A stretch of DNA of 64,000 bases from an uncultured Pseudomonadales bacterium (GCA_963976815.1 CAXBLU010000007.1:41645-105644), one strand, 5' to 3'. Counted from the first letter of the stretch, positions 28,276-40,076 are shown. Numbers and translations are program-made. Notes: a model not told the origin generated them from the sequence alone.

Positions 28276-29687
28276 TGGAATCAACCTACAAACCTAAAGC
28301 GTCAGACTTCGCACCGGTAAAATCTAACGTCCATGGCGAGCAAATTTCCCGACCCTCCTTATCCTACTGGCAAGATGCCTGGATCAGGCTGAAGAAAAAT
28401 ACCCGGGCATTAATCTCTTTGTATATTGTGATTGGCCTGGCGTTGTTTACGCTGGTCGGGCCCTACCTATGGCAGGTCGACCCGGCACTGCAGGACCTCA
28501 ATCAGATATCCCAGTCACCGGCATGGCCAAAAACATCTATCCTGGTCGGACCGTACCAGCGTTTCACGCCCGTCGTCCTCGATGATTTTCCAGCCGAGCC
28601 TGAAGAATATCTTGAGAACATTCCACCGCCAGAAAACATTCGTACCAGCGAGCCACCCACTACCCAACACGTCCGTCTCGTCTGGGACCCTGTTGGAGGT
28701 GCCGGCGGCTACAACATCTACAGAAACCAACGGGTACCGGAAGGAATTAATGACCTTGGCCTACCTCTCGGCTCAACCCTCGGCGGGAATGAAGTGAGCT
28801 ACGAAGACCGACTAAACCTCGAGTCTCGCAACTACTACTACTCAATTGTTCCGACCGATGGCTTTGATGAGTCCTATGAATACCAGACCCTAGAGGTCAC
28901 GCCTAAACTTGCAATTACTTTTAATGAAGCCATAGACCGAGGCCTGATCGGACCCGGTGAAGATCGTGAATTGAACAGCGAAATCGAGCTTGAGTTTCAC
29001 CCCTTTGGCACGGACTATCTTGGCCGGGATATGCTTGCACGACTGATGCAGGGCGCAAGAGTTTCACTTTTTATCGGCATTTGCGCACCATTTCTATTTG
29101 TTTTTTTTGGCATCGTCTACGGTGGATTTGCTGGATATATTGGCGGCAAGCTTGATCAATTTCTTATGCGCTTCGCTGACTTTGTGGTCGCCCTACCCTT
29201 CCTCCTATTTATGATCCTGTTCAAAATTGCCTTTGGTATCGGACCGGGAGAAAGTGGCGTGATTCCCATGCTTATTGCACTGGTGATCTTAGGTTGGCCT
29301 GGAACCGCGCGACTGGTCCGAGGTCAGGTGCTACAAATCCGAGAGCAAGGTTTTATTGAGGCCGCACGATTACTCGGTGGTAAAAACCACTACTTAATCA
29401 TTCGCCACATCATCCCCAATACCATGGGTGTGATTTTAGTCACTTTGACCTTTGCTGTACCCGCAGCAATTTTCACGGAGGCATTTTTGTCTTTTATTGG
29501 CATGGGTGTTGCGCCTCCCACTCCATCCTGGGGCTCCATGTGCAACGAAGGTGTTAAGACAATGCTGAGCCATCCCCATGAGCTGATATTTCCAGCGGTG
29601 TTTATTAGCATCACCGTACTTGCTTTCAATCTACTCGGTGACGGGTTAACTGAGGCGCTTGATTCACGCATGAGGTCACGAGAATAA
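28272..29687 (+). CDS. peptide ABC transporter permease (OppC/DppC-like) with an extended periplasmic insert
   Basis: The C-terminal 220 aa form a standard OppC-type TMD (FIEAARLLGGKN). About 190 extra residues sit between TM1 and TM2. The gene overlaps the upstream permease gene by 4 nt. Confidence 0.85.
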   Translation: MMESTYKPKASDFAPVKSNVHGEQISRPSLSYWQDAWIRLKKNTRALISLYIVIGLALFTLVGPYLWQVDPALQDLNQISQSPAWPKTSILVGPYQRFTPVVLDDFPAEPEEYLENIPPPENIRTSEPPTTQHVRLVWDPVGGAGGYNIYRNQRVPEGINDLGLPLGSTLGGNEVSYEDRLNLESRNYYYSIVPTDGFDESYEYQTLEVTPKLAITFNEAIDRGLIGPGEDRELNSEIELEFHPFGTDYLGRDMLARLMQGARVSLFIGICAPFLFVFFGIVYGGFAGYIGGKLDQFLMRFADFVVALPFLLFMILFKIAFGIGPGESGVIPMLIALVILGWPGTARLVRGQVLQIREQGFIEAARLLGGKNHYLIIRHIIPNTMGVILVTLTFAVPAAIFTEAFLSFIGMGVAPPTPSWGSMCNEGVKTMLSHPHELIFPAVFISITVLAFNLLGDGLTEALDSRMRSRE

Positions 29688-29689
29688 TC

Positions 29690-30721
29690 ATGTCTGAAAC
29701 AATCTTAGAAGTACAAAACCTGACGGTCGAATTTGCAACCTACGGCGGCAACGTTAAAGCAGTAAGAGGCGTGGATTTTCACGTTCAACAGGGCGAGACT
29801 CTTGCCATTGTAGGAGAATCGGGCTGCGGCAAGTCCGTTACGGTTCAATCAATTATGGGCATTATCCCTATGCCTCCCGGTAAGATCACTGCCGGCAGTG
29901 CAAAATTGAAAGGCAAAGAAATTCTTGGCTTGAGTGCCCGTGAAGCTAATAAGTTTCGCGGCGTAGAAATCGGCATGATTTTCCAGGACCCCATGACCTC
30001 ACTCAATCCTACCATGACCATTGGCGATCAGATTGCCGAAACGCTTATGGTGCACAGGAATGTCTCCAAGGCGGAGGGCCGCAGAAAAGCAATCTCGTTA
30101 CTCGAAAAAACCCACATTCCGGAAGCCGAAAAACGCGCGGCACAATATCCCTTCGAGTTCTCCGGCGGGATGTTACAGCGGGCAATGATTGCCCAGAGTT
30201 TAGCTTGCAATCCAACCATCCTAATTGCCGACGAACCCACCACGGCGCTGGACGTCACCATCCAAGCACAAATTCTCGAACTCATGCAGGAACTGCAACG
30301 AACGGAAAATATGTCCATTATCCTCATCACCCACGATCTCGCCGTTGTTGCCAAGATGGCAGATAGAGTTGCTGTGATGTATGCGGGTCAGGTCATCGAA
30401 ACAGGCACGGTGAACGATATTTTTTATCGATCAGCTCATCCCTACACACTGGGACTAAAAGTTGCGATGCCGTCTAATCAGTCTGACCGCAACAAAAGAT
30501 TAACGCCTATCGAAGGCAGCCCACCTGACCTGTTTTCTCCGCCAAAAGGCTGCGGATATTTTGCTCGGTGTCCCAATGCGATGAAACTCTGTGAAGACCA
30601 TCAACCGCCTGAACAAATAATTGCAAAAGAATCGAACCACACATCCCGGTGTTGGTTACAACACCCTGACGCTCCCAGTGTTGACGGACTGCATCAACCG
30701 GAGGCCGCCCATGCTGGTTAG
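29690..30721 (+). CDS. peptide ABC transporter ATP-binding protein (OppD/DppD-like)
   Basis: Walker A is GESGCGKS, the signature is FSGGMLQRA and Walker B is ILIADEPTTALD. A C-terminal oligopeptide-type extension is present. Confidence 0.9.
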   Translation: MSETILEVQNLTVEFATYGGNVKAVRGVDFHVQQGETLAIVGESGCGKSVTVQSIMGIIPMPPGKITAGSAKLKGKEILGLSAREANKFRGVEIGMIFQDPMTSLNPTMTIGDQIAETLMVHRNVSKAEGRRKAISLLEKTHIPEAEKRAAQYPFEFSGGMLQRAMIAQSLACNPTILIADEPTTALDVTIQAQILELMQELQRTENMSIILITHDLAVVAKMADRVAVMYAGQVIETGTVNDIFYRSAHPYTLGLKVAMPSNQSDRNKRLTPIEGSPPDLFSPPKGCGYFARCPNAMKLCEDHQPPEQIIAKESNHTSRCWLQHPDAPSVDGLHQPEAAHAG

Positions 30722-31661
30722 AACCGAGAACCTTAAGAAGCATTTCCAGATTGGTCGCAATCAAACGTTGCACGCCCTCGATGGCATCACACTCGAGATT
30801 GCGGAAAATGAAATTGTTGGCCTTGTTGGCGAGAGCGGTTCCGGCAAATCAACCTTCGGCAAAACCCTGGTTGGCTTGCACAATCGCACCAGCGGCGCGG
30901 CCTATTTCAGAGATGAATTGCTGCCGGCAAAGTTCTCTGCTGCGGATCATTTGCACTATTCAAAACAACTACAAATGATCTTTCAGGACCCCTACTCTTC
31001 ATTGAACCCGCGAATGACAATACTTGATGTGGTGGGTGAGGGGCTTCAAATTCAGGGGCAACATTCTCGCTCACAAATCAAAGAAGAAGTTGCTGATTGG
31101 CTGAATAAAGTGGGCCTCAACTCAGATCATATGTCCCGCTATCCCCACGAATTTTCAGGAGGACAGCGGCAACGCATCGGCATCGCAAGGGCCATGATTA
31201 TTCAACCGAAATTTGTTGTCTGTGACGAGCCAATTTCAGCTCTGGATGTGTCTGTTCAAGCCCAGGTAGTTAACCTGCTTGAGGAACTACAACAATCATT
31301 GGGCCTGACGATGCTATTCATTGCACACGACTTGTCTATGGTGCGATATGTATCCGATCGTATGGCTGTGATGTATCTAGGTTGTCTTGTTGAAAGCGGT
31401 CCATCGGATGAGGTGTTTTTTGACCCCCAGCATCCCTATACACAGCTATTGATTGAATCAAATCCCGAACCTGATCCCGAACACGAGCGATCTCGTCAAC
31501 ATATTCCAATTCGCGGAGAAATTTCCTCGCCGGTAAATGTTTCCGCGGGCTGTCGCTTTGCAGATCGCTGCCCAAAAGCGCTAGATCATTGCAAGACCGT
31601 CACACCGAAGGTGACAAAAATATCACCCGACCGCCTCGTTGCCTGCCATCTATTTGAATAA
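30711..31661 (+). CDS. peptide ABC transporter ATP-binding protein (OppF/DppF-like)
   Basis: I trimmed the track ORF to the ATG at 30711 (MLVRTENLKKHF), which overlaps the upstream stop by 11 nt. Walker A is GESGSGKST, the signature is FSGGQRQRIGIARAM and Walker B is FVVCDEPISALD. Confidence 0.88.
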   Translation: MLVRTENLKKHFQIGRNQTLHALDGITLEIAENEIVGLVGESGSGKSTFGKTLVGLHNRTSGAAYFRDELLPAKFSAADHLHYSKQLQMIFQDPYSSLNPRMTILDVVGEGLQIQGQHSRSQIKEEVADWLNKVGLNSDHMSRYPHEFSGGQRQRIGIARAMIIQPKFVVCDEPISALDVSVQAQVVNLLEELQQSLGLTMLFIAHDLSMVRYVSDRMAVMYLGCLVESGPSDEVFFDPQHPYTQLLIESNPEPDPEHERSRQHIPIRGEISSPVNVSAGCRFADRCPKALDHCKTVTPKVTKISPDRLVACHLFE

Positions 31662-31716
31662 GCTGGTATTTAAAAAGCCGGGGATTTAAATAGCCCAGCG
31701 CAATACCAGTAGGGCG

Positions 31717-32259
31717 CTAGTTCAAAAATTGAGTGGTTTTCCGCACCATGCGCAATACGGATTCTTCCTGAGTGTAGTCCGACATATCATTGAGGCTAAT
31801 CCAACTCAAGTCATGGGACTCATCACTGACAATGTAGGTTTCATCCTGAGCCTGGAGCAGGAATCGGCAATCATAATGAAAATGCTCCGGCACACCTTTT
31901 CTTTCGGGGATCGAATGGATATCAATATCAAAAATTTGTGGCGTGATCGTTTCCAAACGGACAATTCCTGACTCTTCTTCTGCTTCACGCTCAGCCACCC
32001 GCTGGACATTGGCATCACCATCAGCATGACCACCTAATTGCACCCAGATATTGAGTTTCTTATGGTGGGTGAGCAATGCCTTTTTTCCCGTGCTATCCAG
32101 GATCCAAGCGGAACCTGTGATATGACCTTCCAGGAGTTCCCGCGAAAAACAGTTCTGATTGTTTTCAACAAACGCGGTTATGCGGGCAACTGTTGCGCTC
32201 TCATCGGGGTGTTTTCTCCCATAGGCAGCAAACAATTCAAGGATAGGCTGACGATGCAT
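31717..32259 (-). CDS. NUDIX hydrolase
   Basis: The Nudix box is GGHADGDANVQRVAEREAEEESG. The start lies 2 nt after the cobT-like stop. Confidence 0.8.
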   Translation of the reverse strand: MHRQPILELFAAYGRKHPDESATVARITAFVENNQNCFSRELLEGHITGSAWILDSTGKKALLTHHKKLNIWVQLGGHADGDANVQRVAEREAEEESGIVRLETITPQIFDIDIHSIPERKGVPEHFHYDCRFLLQAQDETYIVSDESHDLSWISLNDMSDYTQEESVLRMVRKTTQFLN

Positions 32260-32261
32260 TG

Positions 32262-34103
32262 CTACTGTATTTGCTCAGCGCGAACCGGACCTAGTTTCTT
32301 GTTGGACTCTTCATCAAACAGATCCACAAGCTGCTCCGTCATCGCATCACCTAATTGCTCCGCATCGGTAATAGTGACCGCTCGGCGATAATGGTGAGTC
32401 ACATCATGGCCAATACCAATTGCAACTAGTTCAACGGGTGACCAGTTCTCAATTCGATCAATGGCGTATTTCAAATGTTGCTCAAGATAGTTACTCGGAT
32501 TTACCAGCAACGTGCTGTTATCAACGGGCAAACCATCTGAGATGACCATTAAAATTTTACGATCCTCGGGTCGCCCAACAATTCTGTTATGGGCCCAAAG
32601 CAACGCTTCACCATCAATATTTTCTTTCAGCAGTTCTTCTCTCATCATCAAACCGAGGTTACGTCTTGCTCGACGCCAGGGCATATCAGCCGATTTATAG
32701 ATCAGATGCCTGAGGTCATTTAGCCGTCCGGGCTGCGCCGGCTTGCCCTGTTGCAACCAAAGCTCTCGGGATTGCCCCCCTCGCCAGGCACGGGTGGTAA
32801 AACCCAATATCTCAACCTTGACGGCACAACGCTCCAGCGTTCGACCTAAAATATCTGCACACATGGCCGCAATTGTAATCGACCGACCACGCATTGATCC
32901 TGAGCTATCAATTAACAACGAGACCACCGTGTCGCGAAATCGAGTGTCTTTTTCTTGCTTAAATGCGAGCGGAGAAAAGGGATCCATAATAATGCTGGGT
33001 AATCGAGATGTGTCCAGCTGGCCCTCTTCCAGATCAAACTCCCAGGTCCGATTCTGTTGCGCCATTAATTTACGTTGTAGCCGATTGGCGAGTTTGCTAA
33101 TCACAATCTGAGAATTCTGCAGGTGTTTATCCAGCACCCCGCGAAGTCGCTCAAGTTCTGCGGGTTCACACAACTCATCCGCAAAAATTGTTTCATCAAA
33201 CTGCTGGGTAAATGCCTTGTATTCGCTATCTTTTGGTCGATGCCAATTTTGATCAATCACCGTATCAGGTGGACCGCCAGCTTCATCCTGGTCGCCTTCA
33301 GCCTCGGCCATATCCATGGCTTCCATATCAGCAGGTACTTCGCCTTCAATGGCATCGGACATATCACCGTCAGCACCCGCATCCTGGTCCGAAGCATCAT
33401 CACCTGCGTCTGCTTCTACTTCCTGCTCATCTTGCTCCTGATCCTCAGAGTCCCCGTCGGCATTTTCTTCACCCCAATCTTGAGCAAGCCCAAGATCATC
33501 AATCAGTTGCCGGGTGATATCACGGAATGCAGCCTGGTCATGCATTGCATCCTGCAACTCATCAAGCCGATCGCCAATGCTCTGGTCTATATGTTCTCGC
33601 CACAGCCCAAGGATATGCTCGGCGGTCTCAGGCAGTGGAATCCCTAGTCGTTCTCGAATCATAAACCCAACAGCTTCGCCAAGGGGCGCCTCGGTTTGAT
33701 GTTGTATTTTCTGAAACCCCTGACTGATACATCGCGCCTCAAGCTGAGCATTCAGATTGTCCTGTACGCCTCGCATCAAATAGGAGCCAATGGACGCAAC
33801 TCTGGCGTCTTCAACACAGTCATACAATTCCTGGGCGATGCCCACTTCCGGACGATGCTTACGATGTTCAATCTCATCGTGAAACCGAACTTTTAAGGCA
33901 AACTGATCTGAAGTACCTCGCAAAATGGCGAGCTGCTCTTCAGACAAACTGCTATCGGGTAAGGGAACGCGCGCGCGGTTACCCTGAATATAAGCCTTAC
34001 CTCTACCAAAGCTTACATTCAGTTCTTCGTTGCCGGAGATAGCCCTCATAGTTGAGGTAACGGCTTGTTTAAAAACCTCCGTACTGTCGTCGAGATCTGC
34101 CAC
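32262..34103 (-). CDS. cobT: CobT-like protein (cobaltochelatase subunit family; VWA domain)
   Basis: The 613-aa protein has a central highly acidic stretch ([28 protein letters not shown]...). The C-terminal VWA domain has the MIDAS motif [11 protein letters not shown]. It lies downstream of a CobS-like ATPase gene. Confidence 0.7.
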   Translation of the reverse strand: MADLDDSTEVFKQAVTSTMRAISGNEELNVSFGRGKAYIQGNRARVPLPDSSLSEEQLAILRGTSDQFALKVRFHDEIEHRKHRPEVGIAQELYDCVEDARVASIGSYLMRGVQDNLNAQLEARCISQGFQKIQHQTEAPLGEAVGFMIRERLGIPLPETAEHILGLWREHIDQSIGDRLDELQDAMHDQAAFRDITRQLIDDLGLAQDWGEENADGDSEDQEQDEQEVEADAGDDASDQDAGADGDMSDAIEGEVPADMEAMDMAEAEGDQDEAGGPPDTVIDQNWHRPKDSEYKAFTQQFDETIFADELCEPAELERLRGVLDKHLQNSQIVISKLANRLQRKLMAQQNRTWEFDLEEGQLDTSRLPSIIMDPFSPLAFKQEKDTRFRDTVVSLLIDSSGSMRGRSITIAAMCADILGRTLERCAVKVEILGFTTRAWRGGQSRELWLQQGKPAQPGRLNDLRHLIYKSADMPWRRARRNLGLMMREELLKENIDGEALLWAHNRIVGRPEDRKILMVISDGLPVDNSTLLVNPSNYLEQHLKYAIDRIENWSPVELVAIGIGHDVTHHYRRAVTITDAEQLGDAMTEQLVDLFDEESNKKLGPVRAEQIQ

Positions 34104-34123
34104 TTGTTTTTGTCTCTATGATT

Positions 34124-35104
34124 TTAAGCAAGTACAACTTTTGAACTAGATTCCGGTAGCTCTTCACCCATGCAACGCTGGTAGTACTCAGCAACAATGG
34201 GGCGCTCGGTTTCATCGCACTTGTTCAGGAAGGTCAACCTAAAGGCAAATCCGTAGTCATTAAAAATGCGGGCGTTTTCTGCCCACATAATGACGGTCCT
34301 TGGCGACATCACAATTGAGATATCACCATTGATAAAGCCCTGTCTTGTCAGTTCAGCGACCGACACCATGTTGGACAGGGTTTTACGATCAACGTCCTGG
34401 ATCTTGGAGGCAATAATATCTGTCTCGCTTTCATGGGGAAGATAGTTAAGCGTTGTCACAATGTTCCAACGGTCCATCTGGCCCTGATTGATCTGTTGTG
34501 TACCATGGTACAGGCCAGACGGATCTCCTAGCCCAATAGTATTGGTCGTCGCAAACATTCTAAACGACTGATGTGGGCTGATGACCTTACTCTGGTCAAG
34601 CAATGTGAGCTTGCCTTCGACTTCAAGAACACGCTGAATCACAAACATAACGTCCGGCCGACCCGCATCATATTCATCAAAGACCAGGGCACAGGGTCTT
34701 TGCAAAGCCCAGGGCAACAGACCCTCCTTAAATTCGGTGATCTGCTTGCCATCCTGAAGCACAATCGCATCCTTGCCGATCAGGTCCATACGACTGACAT
34801 GGCTATCTAAGTTGATACGGATACAAGGCCAGTTAAGTCGCGCGGCCACCTGCTCAACGTGAGTAGACTTACCCGTGCCGTGATAACCCTGAATCATGAC
34901 CCGACGGTTGTGTGCAAAGCCCGCCAGGATCGCCATAGTGGTTTCGTGGTCAAACAAATAGCTAGGATCAATTGTAGGTACATGTTCTGTGACGTCGGAA
35001 AACGCAGGGACCGTAAGATCGACATCCAGGCCAAATACATCTCTAACATTTACTTCCGTATCTGGAGAATCCATAGTATCCAGGGTTTTAATCGGCTGAT
35101 TCAT
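34124..35104 (-). CDS. cobS: CobS-like AAA+ ATPase (cobaltochelatase subunit family)
   Basis: The 326-aa protein has Walker [10 protein letters not shown] and Walker B ALVFDEYD. Its N-terminus ([16 protein letters not shown]) is typical of CobS. Confidence 0.72.
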   Translation of the reverse strand: MNQPIKTLDTMDSPDTEVNVRDVFGLDVDLTVPAFSDVTEHVPTIDPSYLFDHETTMAILAGFAHNRRVMIQGYHGTGKSTHVEQVAARLNWPCIRINLDSHVSRMDLIGKDAIVLQDGKQITEFKEGLLPWALQRPCALVFDEYDAGRPDVMFVIQRVLEVEGKLTLLDQSKVISPHQSFRMFATTNTIGLGDPSGLYHGTQQINQGQMDRWNIVTTLNYLPHESETDIIASKIQDVDRKTLSNMVSVAELTRQGFINGDISIVMSPRTVIMWAENARIFNDYGFAFRLTFLNKCDETERPIVAEYYQRCMGEELPESSSKVVLA

Positions 35105-35346
35105 AGCACTGCCTTATCCGGTAAATATTTTGCGTAGTGTGGTTTACAAGCAATCAAAAAATAAAAACCCACTGCCAACATAGCGAATCGCGAAGAAAAC
35201 GATCAGTCTGCCGGGCCGCGGGAGGCCCAAAGAATAGCGGTAATGAATATAAATTACCAACCGGTCGGTTTTCTTTGCCTGGATGGCGCACACAGATTTC
35301 CAGCAAATGAATTGGACCCCGATAGCAGGTAACAAGGACCTTTAAT

Positions 35347-35895
35347 ATGGCACTTATTTATATCGTCCGGCATGGCAAAGCAGCCGCTGGATTTACCGAC
35401 AACGCAGACCCTGGGCTAGATGAACTCGGCAGATCCCAGGCAGAAGCAGCAGCCAATGCTTTAACACAGTTTCTACCACTCAATATCGTCTCAAGCCCCT
35501 TGCTACGGGCTCAGGAGACTGCACAACCGTTCGCGGCTCAAACTGGACAATCTGTGACAATCGAATCTCGCATTGCCGAAATTCCTTCGCCTGGTCTGAG
35601 CCTCACTGATCGAGGTCCCTGGCTACAAGCAGTTATGGCCGGCCATTGGTCCGAGCAATCCGCTGACCTTCAAAGCTGGAGAAGATCGCTCCAACAATGT
35701 CTTCTAGAAGTAAGCGAGGATACTGTAATGTTTTCTCACTTTGTTGCAATTAACACTGCACTGGGGCTGGCAACAAATTCCGACCAGGTCATGCTGACTA
35801 GACCGGATAATGGATCAATTACTGTCTTGAACAATGGGCAGGGTGTTTTAAGTCTCGTCACCAAAGGGGTAGAGGCTAGTACGAAGGTGAACTAA
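35347..35895 (+). CDS. histidine phosphatase (phosphoglycerate mutase) family protein
   Basis: The N-terminus carries the RHG motif (IYIVRHGKAA), and a second conserved region reads SSPLLRAQETA. Its 3' end overlaps the convergent holA gene by 20 nt. Confidence 0.75.
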   Translation: MALIYIVRHGKAAAGFTDNADPGLDELGRSQAEAAANALTQFLPLNIVSSPLLRAQETAQPFAAQTGQSVTIESRIAEIPSPGLSLTDRGPWLQAVMAGHWSEQSADLQSWRRSLQQCLLEVSEDTVMFSHFVAINTALGLATNSDQVMLTRPDNGSITVLNNGQGVLSLVTKGVEASTKVN

Positions 35896-36895
35896 CACCG
35901 GCGAGGGCAAGAAAGCCAGATTCAAGGGGGATCCAGGGGTCCCCTTTACTGATGCCTTTAACCCTCGCATCAACTTCCGCAGCACTGCCCAGACAACCGA
36001 ACAGATCTCGACGGCTACGCTGTTGTAGACATTTCCCGACGATTGCCTTGCGCTTATCCCAGACACGAAATTTTTGATAGACCGACGCCGTTGCTTGTCC
36101 CGAATCCAGCGCTTCGGTCATTTTTAGGAGATTGCGGACCTCCCGGGCAAACATCAAATTCACATACAATATTTCGACACCCTCACCCTTCAGCCCCTGA
36201 AGCATTCGAAGTGTTTGCCGGCGATCCTGACCAACCGCTGTATCAATCAAGCCAAACACATCAAATCGGGTATTGTCCGCAACACTGCTCATGACCAGTT
36301 TTGCGTCAACGTTGCCATCCGGTGACAACAACTTTAGCCGTTCAATTTCCTGCGCAGCGGCAAGCAAATTGCCTTCAAGCCTGTCGATCATCACTTGTAT
36401 AGCGCCGCGATCAGCTTTTAGCCCGTTTGCCTGCATTCGTTGACCAATCCAGCGGGGCAGCTCCTTTTTGTCTACAGGCCAGACCTGGACAAAAACCCCT
36501 TTAGCATCTAGCGCTTTAAACCATTTGCTACGCTGGGCTGCCTGATCCAGCTTCGGCAAAACCAGTAGCATTGTTGTCCCCTCGGCGGGTTGATCTATAT
36601 AGCTAATGAGCGCCTTGGCACCCTTATCACCGGGTTTGCCATTAGGCATCCGAAGCTCAAGAATCTTTTCTTCCGCGAATAGACTCATGCTGTTCGCAGA
36701 GAACAACACCTCTTCCCAGTCGAAGGAAGCATCAACATGGAATAACTCTCGCTCCAGATAACCTTTCTTTTTGAGTTGCTTGCGGATGCCCTCTAGAAGC
36801 TCCTGAATCAGCAATGGCTCATCGCCACTCACCATATAAACCGGGCTGACCGATTTATTCAGATGGGCGCTGAGCTTATCGGGATATACCTTCAT
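35876..36895 (-). CDS. holA: DNA polymerase III subunit delta
   Basis: The 339-aa protein sits in the conserved leuS-lptE-holA position. Its N-terminus is YMVSGDEPLLIQE. Confidence 0.8.
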   Translation of the reverse strand: MKVYPDKLSAHLNKSVSPVYMVSGDEPLLIQELLEGIRKQLKKKGYLERELFHVDASFDWEEVLFSANSMSLFAEEKILELRMPNGKPGDKGAKALISYIDQPAEGTTMLLVLPKLDQAAQRSKWFKALDAKGVFVQVWPVDKKELPRWIGQRMQANGLKADRGAIQVMIDRLEGNLLAAAQEIERLKLLSPDGNVDAKLVMSSVADNTRFDVFGLIDTAVGQDRRQTLRMLQGLKGEGVEILYVNLMFAREVRNLLKMTEALDSGQATASVYQKFRVWDKRKAIVGKCLQQRSRRDLFGCLGSAAEVDARVKGISKGDPWIPLESGFLALAGVSSPSY

Positions 36896-37494
36896 GTCTC
36901 ACTAGGCGTTTCGCTAGGCTTGTCGTTGGGTTTGTCACTAAGTGCGTCTTCGGCAGTAGTGCTAGAAGTAGTGCCAGAGTTATTGTCGGGCACAATGTTC
37001 GCATTTTGATTACGCAATGTTGCACTGAACCGCCGTACCAATTGACCGGCAATATCCTGTCGCATCTCTTCCACCAGAACTGACTCTTCTTCCGCGTTGC
37101 CGACAAAGTTACTAGTATCAAAGGAATAGATCCTTTCCGCCGTCAAAGCAGTATCTGGAATCAGTTCTTTTCCCTGGGCTGACACCACAGAAAAAACCGC
37201 CTGAACCCTGACCTCATACTCTGAAACAGTAATATTCCCCGAACTTGCGACCGGCCTTCGGCTTGTGGTTTCCGAAGACAAGCGAATCATATACTCGGCG
37301 TCATTGGTTGGATTAACTTCGACACCAATGCTTTTTAAAGTATCTTCCAACTCGTCCGCGAGTTCACTGCGACTATTGGACGCCAGAATTGATACGCTTT
37401 CTACCGAGAGGTCATAACCACCTGATCCACGTAATTGAAACCCACAGCTTGATAGCAGCAGGGCGATGAAGCCAACAATAAGTAAACGCATCAA
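36892..37494 (-). CDS. lptE: LPS-assembly lipoprotein LptE
   Basis: The lipobox [11 protein letters not shown] is present and the gene lies directly downstream of leuS. The C-terminal tail is low-complexity and Ser/Thr/Pro-rich. Confidence 0.85.
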   Translation of the reverse strand: MMRLLIVGFIALLLSSCGFQLRGSGGYDLSVESVSILASNSRSELADELEDTLKSIGVEVNPTNDAEYMIRLSSETTSRRPVASSGNITVSEYEVRVQAVFSVVSAQGKELIPDTALTAERIYSFDTSNFVGNAEEESVLVEEMRQDIAGQLVRRFSATLRNQNANIVPDNNSGTTSSTTAEDALSDKPNDKPSETPSET

Positions 37495-40001
37495 GAGACC
37501 ACAAAGTTAACAAGTTTGTTTGGTACCACAATCACCTTCCGGACTGTTTTACCTTCCATGAATTTCTCCACATTATCTATGCCCCTGGCCTCGGCCTCTA
37601 TTTCAGCGCGATCACCATCCGGCGCGGTCTCAAATTTGGCACGCACCTTTCCATTAATTTGCACAACCATTTCGATAACCGTCTTTTCAAGTGCAGAGGG
37701 ATCAACCTTCGGCCAGGGCGCTTCGTTGATATCACCGCCGGTTAAATCACTCCACAGAGATTGACAAATATGTGGCGTAATTGGCGCCAATATCAAGACT
37801 GCCGCTTCTAATGCTTCCTGCACAACGCATCGTCCCACAGAACTCTTGTCGTCAAATTTTGCGACCTGATTCATCAGTGACATAACACTGGATACAACGG
37901 TGTTAAAATGAATACGCGTACCATAATCATCACTCGCACTCGAAATGGTTTCGTGGACAACGCGTCGCAACTCTTTTTGGTCGTTAGTCAAGTTCTTTGG
38001 ATCCAGTTTTCCAACCGGACCAGCCAAAAGGTGATCCTGCGCCTGGTTCCAGAGCTTCGTTCGGAGCCAACGATTGGCTGACTCAACACCATTTTCCGAC
38101 CACTCAAAAGAATGTTCCGGAGGTGCGGCAAACATCATTGCCATTCGTACAGCGTCGGCACCGTATGCATCAAGGAGTTTTTGCGGATCCCCGGCATCAC
38201 CGGCGGACTTGGACATCTTAACGCCGTCCTTCAGCACCATGCCGAGAGCCAGCAAATTCTTAAAGGGCTCGTCTGATTCGACCATGCCTTCATCGCGCAT
38301 CATCTTGTGGAAAAAACGGGCGTACAACAAATGTAAAATTGCGTGCTCTTCACCACCGACATAATGATCCACGGAACCCCAATACTTAGCGCGCTCATCA
38401 AGCATGCCTTCACTGTGACCGCTGGAAGCAAATCGCGCGTAATACCAGGAAGACTCCATAAAAGTATCAAAGGTATCGGTTTCTCGTTCTGCAGCGCCAC
38501 CACAGTCAGGGCAAGTCGTGTTGTACCACCCGGGCATCTTCTTAATGGGGGAACCAACACCATCAAATTCCACGTCGGTAGGCAGCAACACAGGCAAATC
38601 TTTCTCGGGTACGGCAACAGCACCACAGGCAGCACAATTGATAATAGGAATCGGACAGCCCCAATATCGTTGCCGGGAAACACCCCAGTCACGGAGGCGG
38701 TAGTTCACTTGCTTTTCACCGAGGTTTTTGGCGCCCAGGGCATCCGCAATCCGACTAAAACTGGTTTCGAAATCCAAACCGTCAAACTCTCCGGAATTGA
38801 TCAAAACCCCGTCCTTGCTAACATAAGCCCCTGCTTCAATGTCGCAGACTTCCTCACTGCCTGTCGCTGGCCGCACCACCTGAGTAATCTCTAACCCATA
38901 TTTTTTAGCGAACTCCCAATCCCGATGATCATGGGCAGGAACCGACATAACAGCACCAGAGCCATATTCCATCAGCACAAAATTAGCGACCCAAATTGGT
39001 ACCGACTTACCCGTCAGTGGATGTTCAGCGTTGAACCCCGTTGCCATCCCGAGCTTTTCCATCTTCGCCATATCAGCTTCAGCAACTTTAACCCGGCTAC
39101 ACTGGGCTAAAAACTCTGCCAACTCTGGGTTGTTTGCTGCGGCCGCCTTGGCAAGGGGATGCTGGGGCGCAACGGCCAAATAGGTTGCTCCCATCAGCGT
39201 GTCGGGACGGGTTGTATAGACTGTTAATCCTGGACCGACCTGCGCCGCTGATTGAACCTCGGTTGACAATGGGAAGGTCAGTTCAACACCCTCGGATCGG
39301 CCAATCCAATTACGTTGCATGGTTTTGATTTTTTCCGGCCAACCCGTCAAATCATCCAACCCGGTGAGAAGCTCCTCGGCATAGTCGGTAATCTTGATGA
39401 ACCACTGGGCAAGCTCGCGCCTTTCGACAAGCGCATCTGAACGCCAACCACGACCATCAATCACCTGTTCGTTGGCCAGTACCGTTTGATCCACTGGATC
39501 CCAGTTCACCATGGCAGCTTTTTTATAGACCAGACCTTTTTTAAACATCTTGGTGAAGAACCACTGCTCCCAGCGATAGTAATCGGGATCACAGGTGGCG
39601 AGCTCTCGACTCCAATCAAAGGAGAATCCCAATCGCTGCAGCTGTTGCTTCATGTGCTCAATATTGGAACGGGTCCAGCCAGCAGGGGCAATATTGCGTT
39701 TTATGGCGGCATTTTCCGCAGGCAACCCAAACGCATCCCAGCCCATCGGGTGTAATACGTTTTTACCCTGTAATCGCTGATAGCGGGCAATCACGTCCCC
39801 CAGGGTATAAGTGCGAACATGGCCCATATGCAGCTGACCACTAGGGTACGGGAACATTGCAAGGCAATAGTATTTGGGTTTCGATGAATTCTCGGAAACT
39901 TCAAATGTCCTGTTGGTGACCCAATCACTTTGGACCAATCGCTCGGCCTGTTCAGGGTTGTACCTATCAGTATCGTGTTCGTTTTGTTGGGGGTCGTTCA
40001 T
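37491..40001 (-). CDS. leuS: leucine--tRNA ligase
   Basis: The HIGH-type motif is HMGHV and the KMSKS motif is VKMSKSAG. The N-terminus aligns with enterobacterial LeuS when the ATG at 40001 (MNDPQQ...) is used as the start. The track's TTG start at 40031 is less likely. Confidence 0.95.
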   Translation of the reverse strand: MNDPQQNEHDTDRYNPEQAERLVQSDWVTNRTFEVSENSSKPKYYCLAMFPYPSGQLHMGHVRTYTLGDVIARYQRLQGKNVLHPMGWDAFGLPAENAAIKRNIAPAGWTRSNIEHMKQQLQRLGFSFDWSRELATCDPDYYRWEQWFFTKMFKKGLVYKKAAMVNWDPVDQTVLANEQVIDGRGWRSDALVERRELAQWFIKITDYAEELLTGLDDLTGWPEKIKTMQRNWIGRSEGVELTFPLSTEVQSAAQVGPGLTVYTTRPDTLMGATYLAVAPQHPLAKAAAANNPELAEFLAQCSRVKVAEADMAKMEKLGMATGFNAEHPLTGKSVPIWVANFVLMEYGSGAVMSVPAHDHRDWEFAKKYGLEITQVVRPATGSEEVCDIEAGAYVSKDGVLINSGEFDGLDFETSFSRIADALGAKNLGEKQVNYRLRDWGVSRQRYWGCPIPIINCAACGAVAVPEKDLPVLLPTDVEFDGVGSPIKKMPGWYNTTCPDCGGAAERETDTFDTFMESSWYYARFASSGHSEGMLDERAKYWGSVDHYVGGEEHAILHLLYARFFHKMMRDEGMVESDEPFKNLLALGMVLKDGVKMSKSAGDAGDPQKLLDAYGADAVRMAMMFAAPPEHSFEWSENGVESANRWLRTKLWNQAQDHLLAGPVGKLDPKNLTNDQKELRRVVHETISSASDDYGTRIHFNTVVSSVMSLMNQVAKFDDKSSVGRCVVQEALEAAVLILAPITPHICQSLWSDLTGGDINEAPWPKVDPSALEKTVIEMVVQINGKVRAKFETAPDGDRAEIEAEARGIDNVEKFMEGKTVRKVIVVPNKLVNFVVS

Positions 40002-40076
40002 TATCGATGGAGTCAAAAAATTAGGCGGCAATTCTAACCGATCATAGGCGACCGCGATACTTTTGGGCTTTTGACT

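Noticed and set aside
30621-30710. The track shows a longer N-terminal extension of the OppF-like ORF (346 aa).
   Set aside because: The extension overlaps 100 nt of the OppD-like gene and has no ABC-ATPase similarity. The ATG at 30711 gives the canonical N-terminus.
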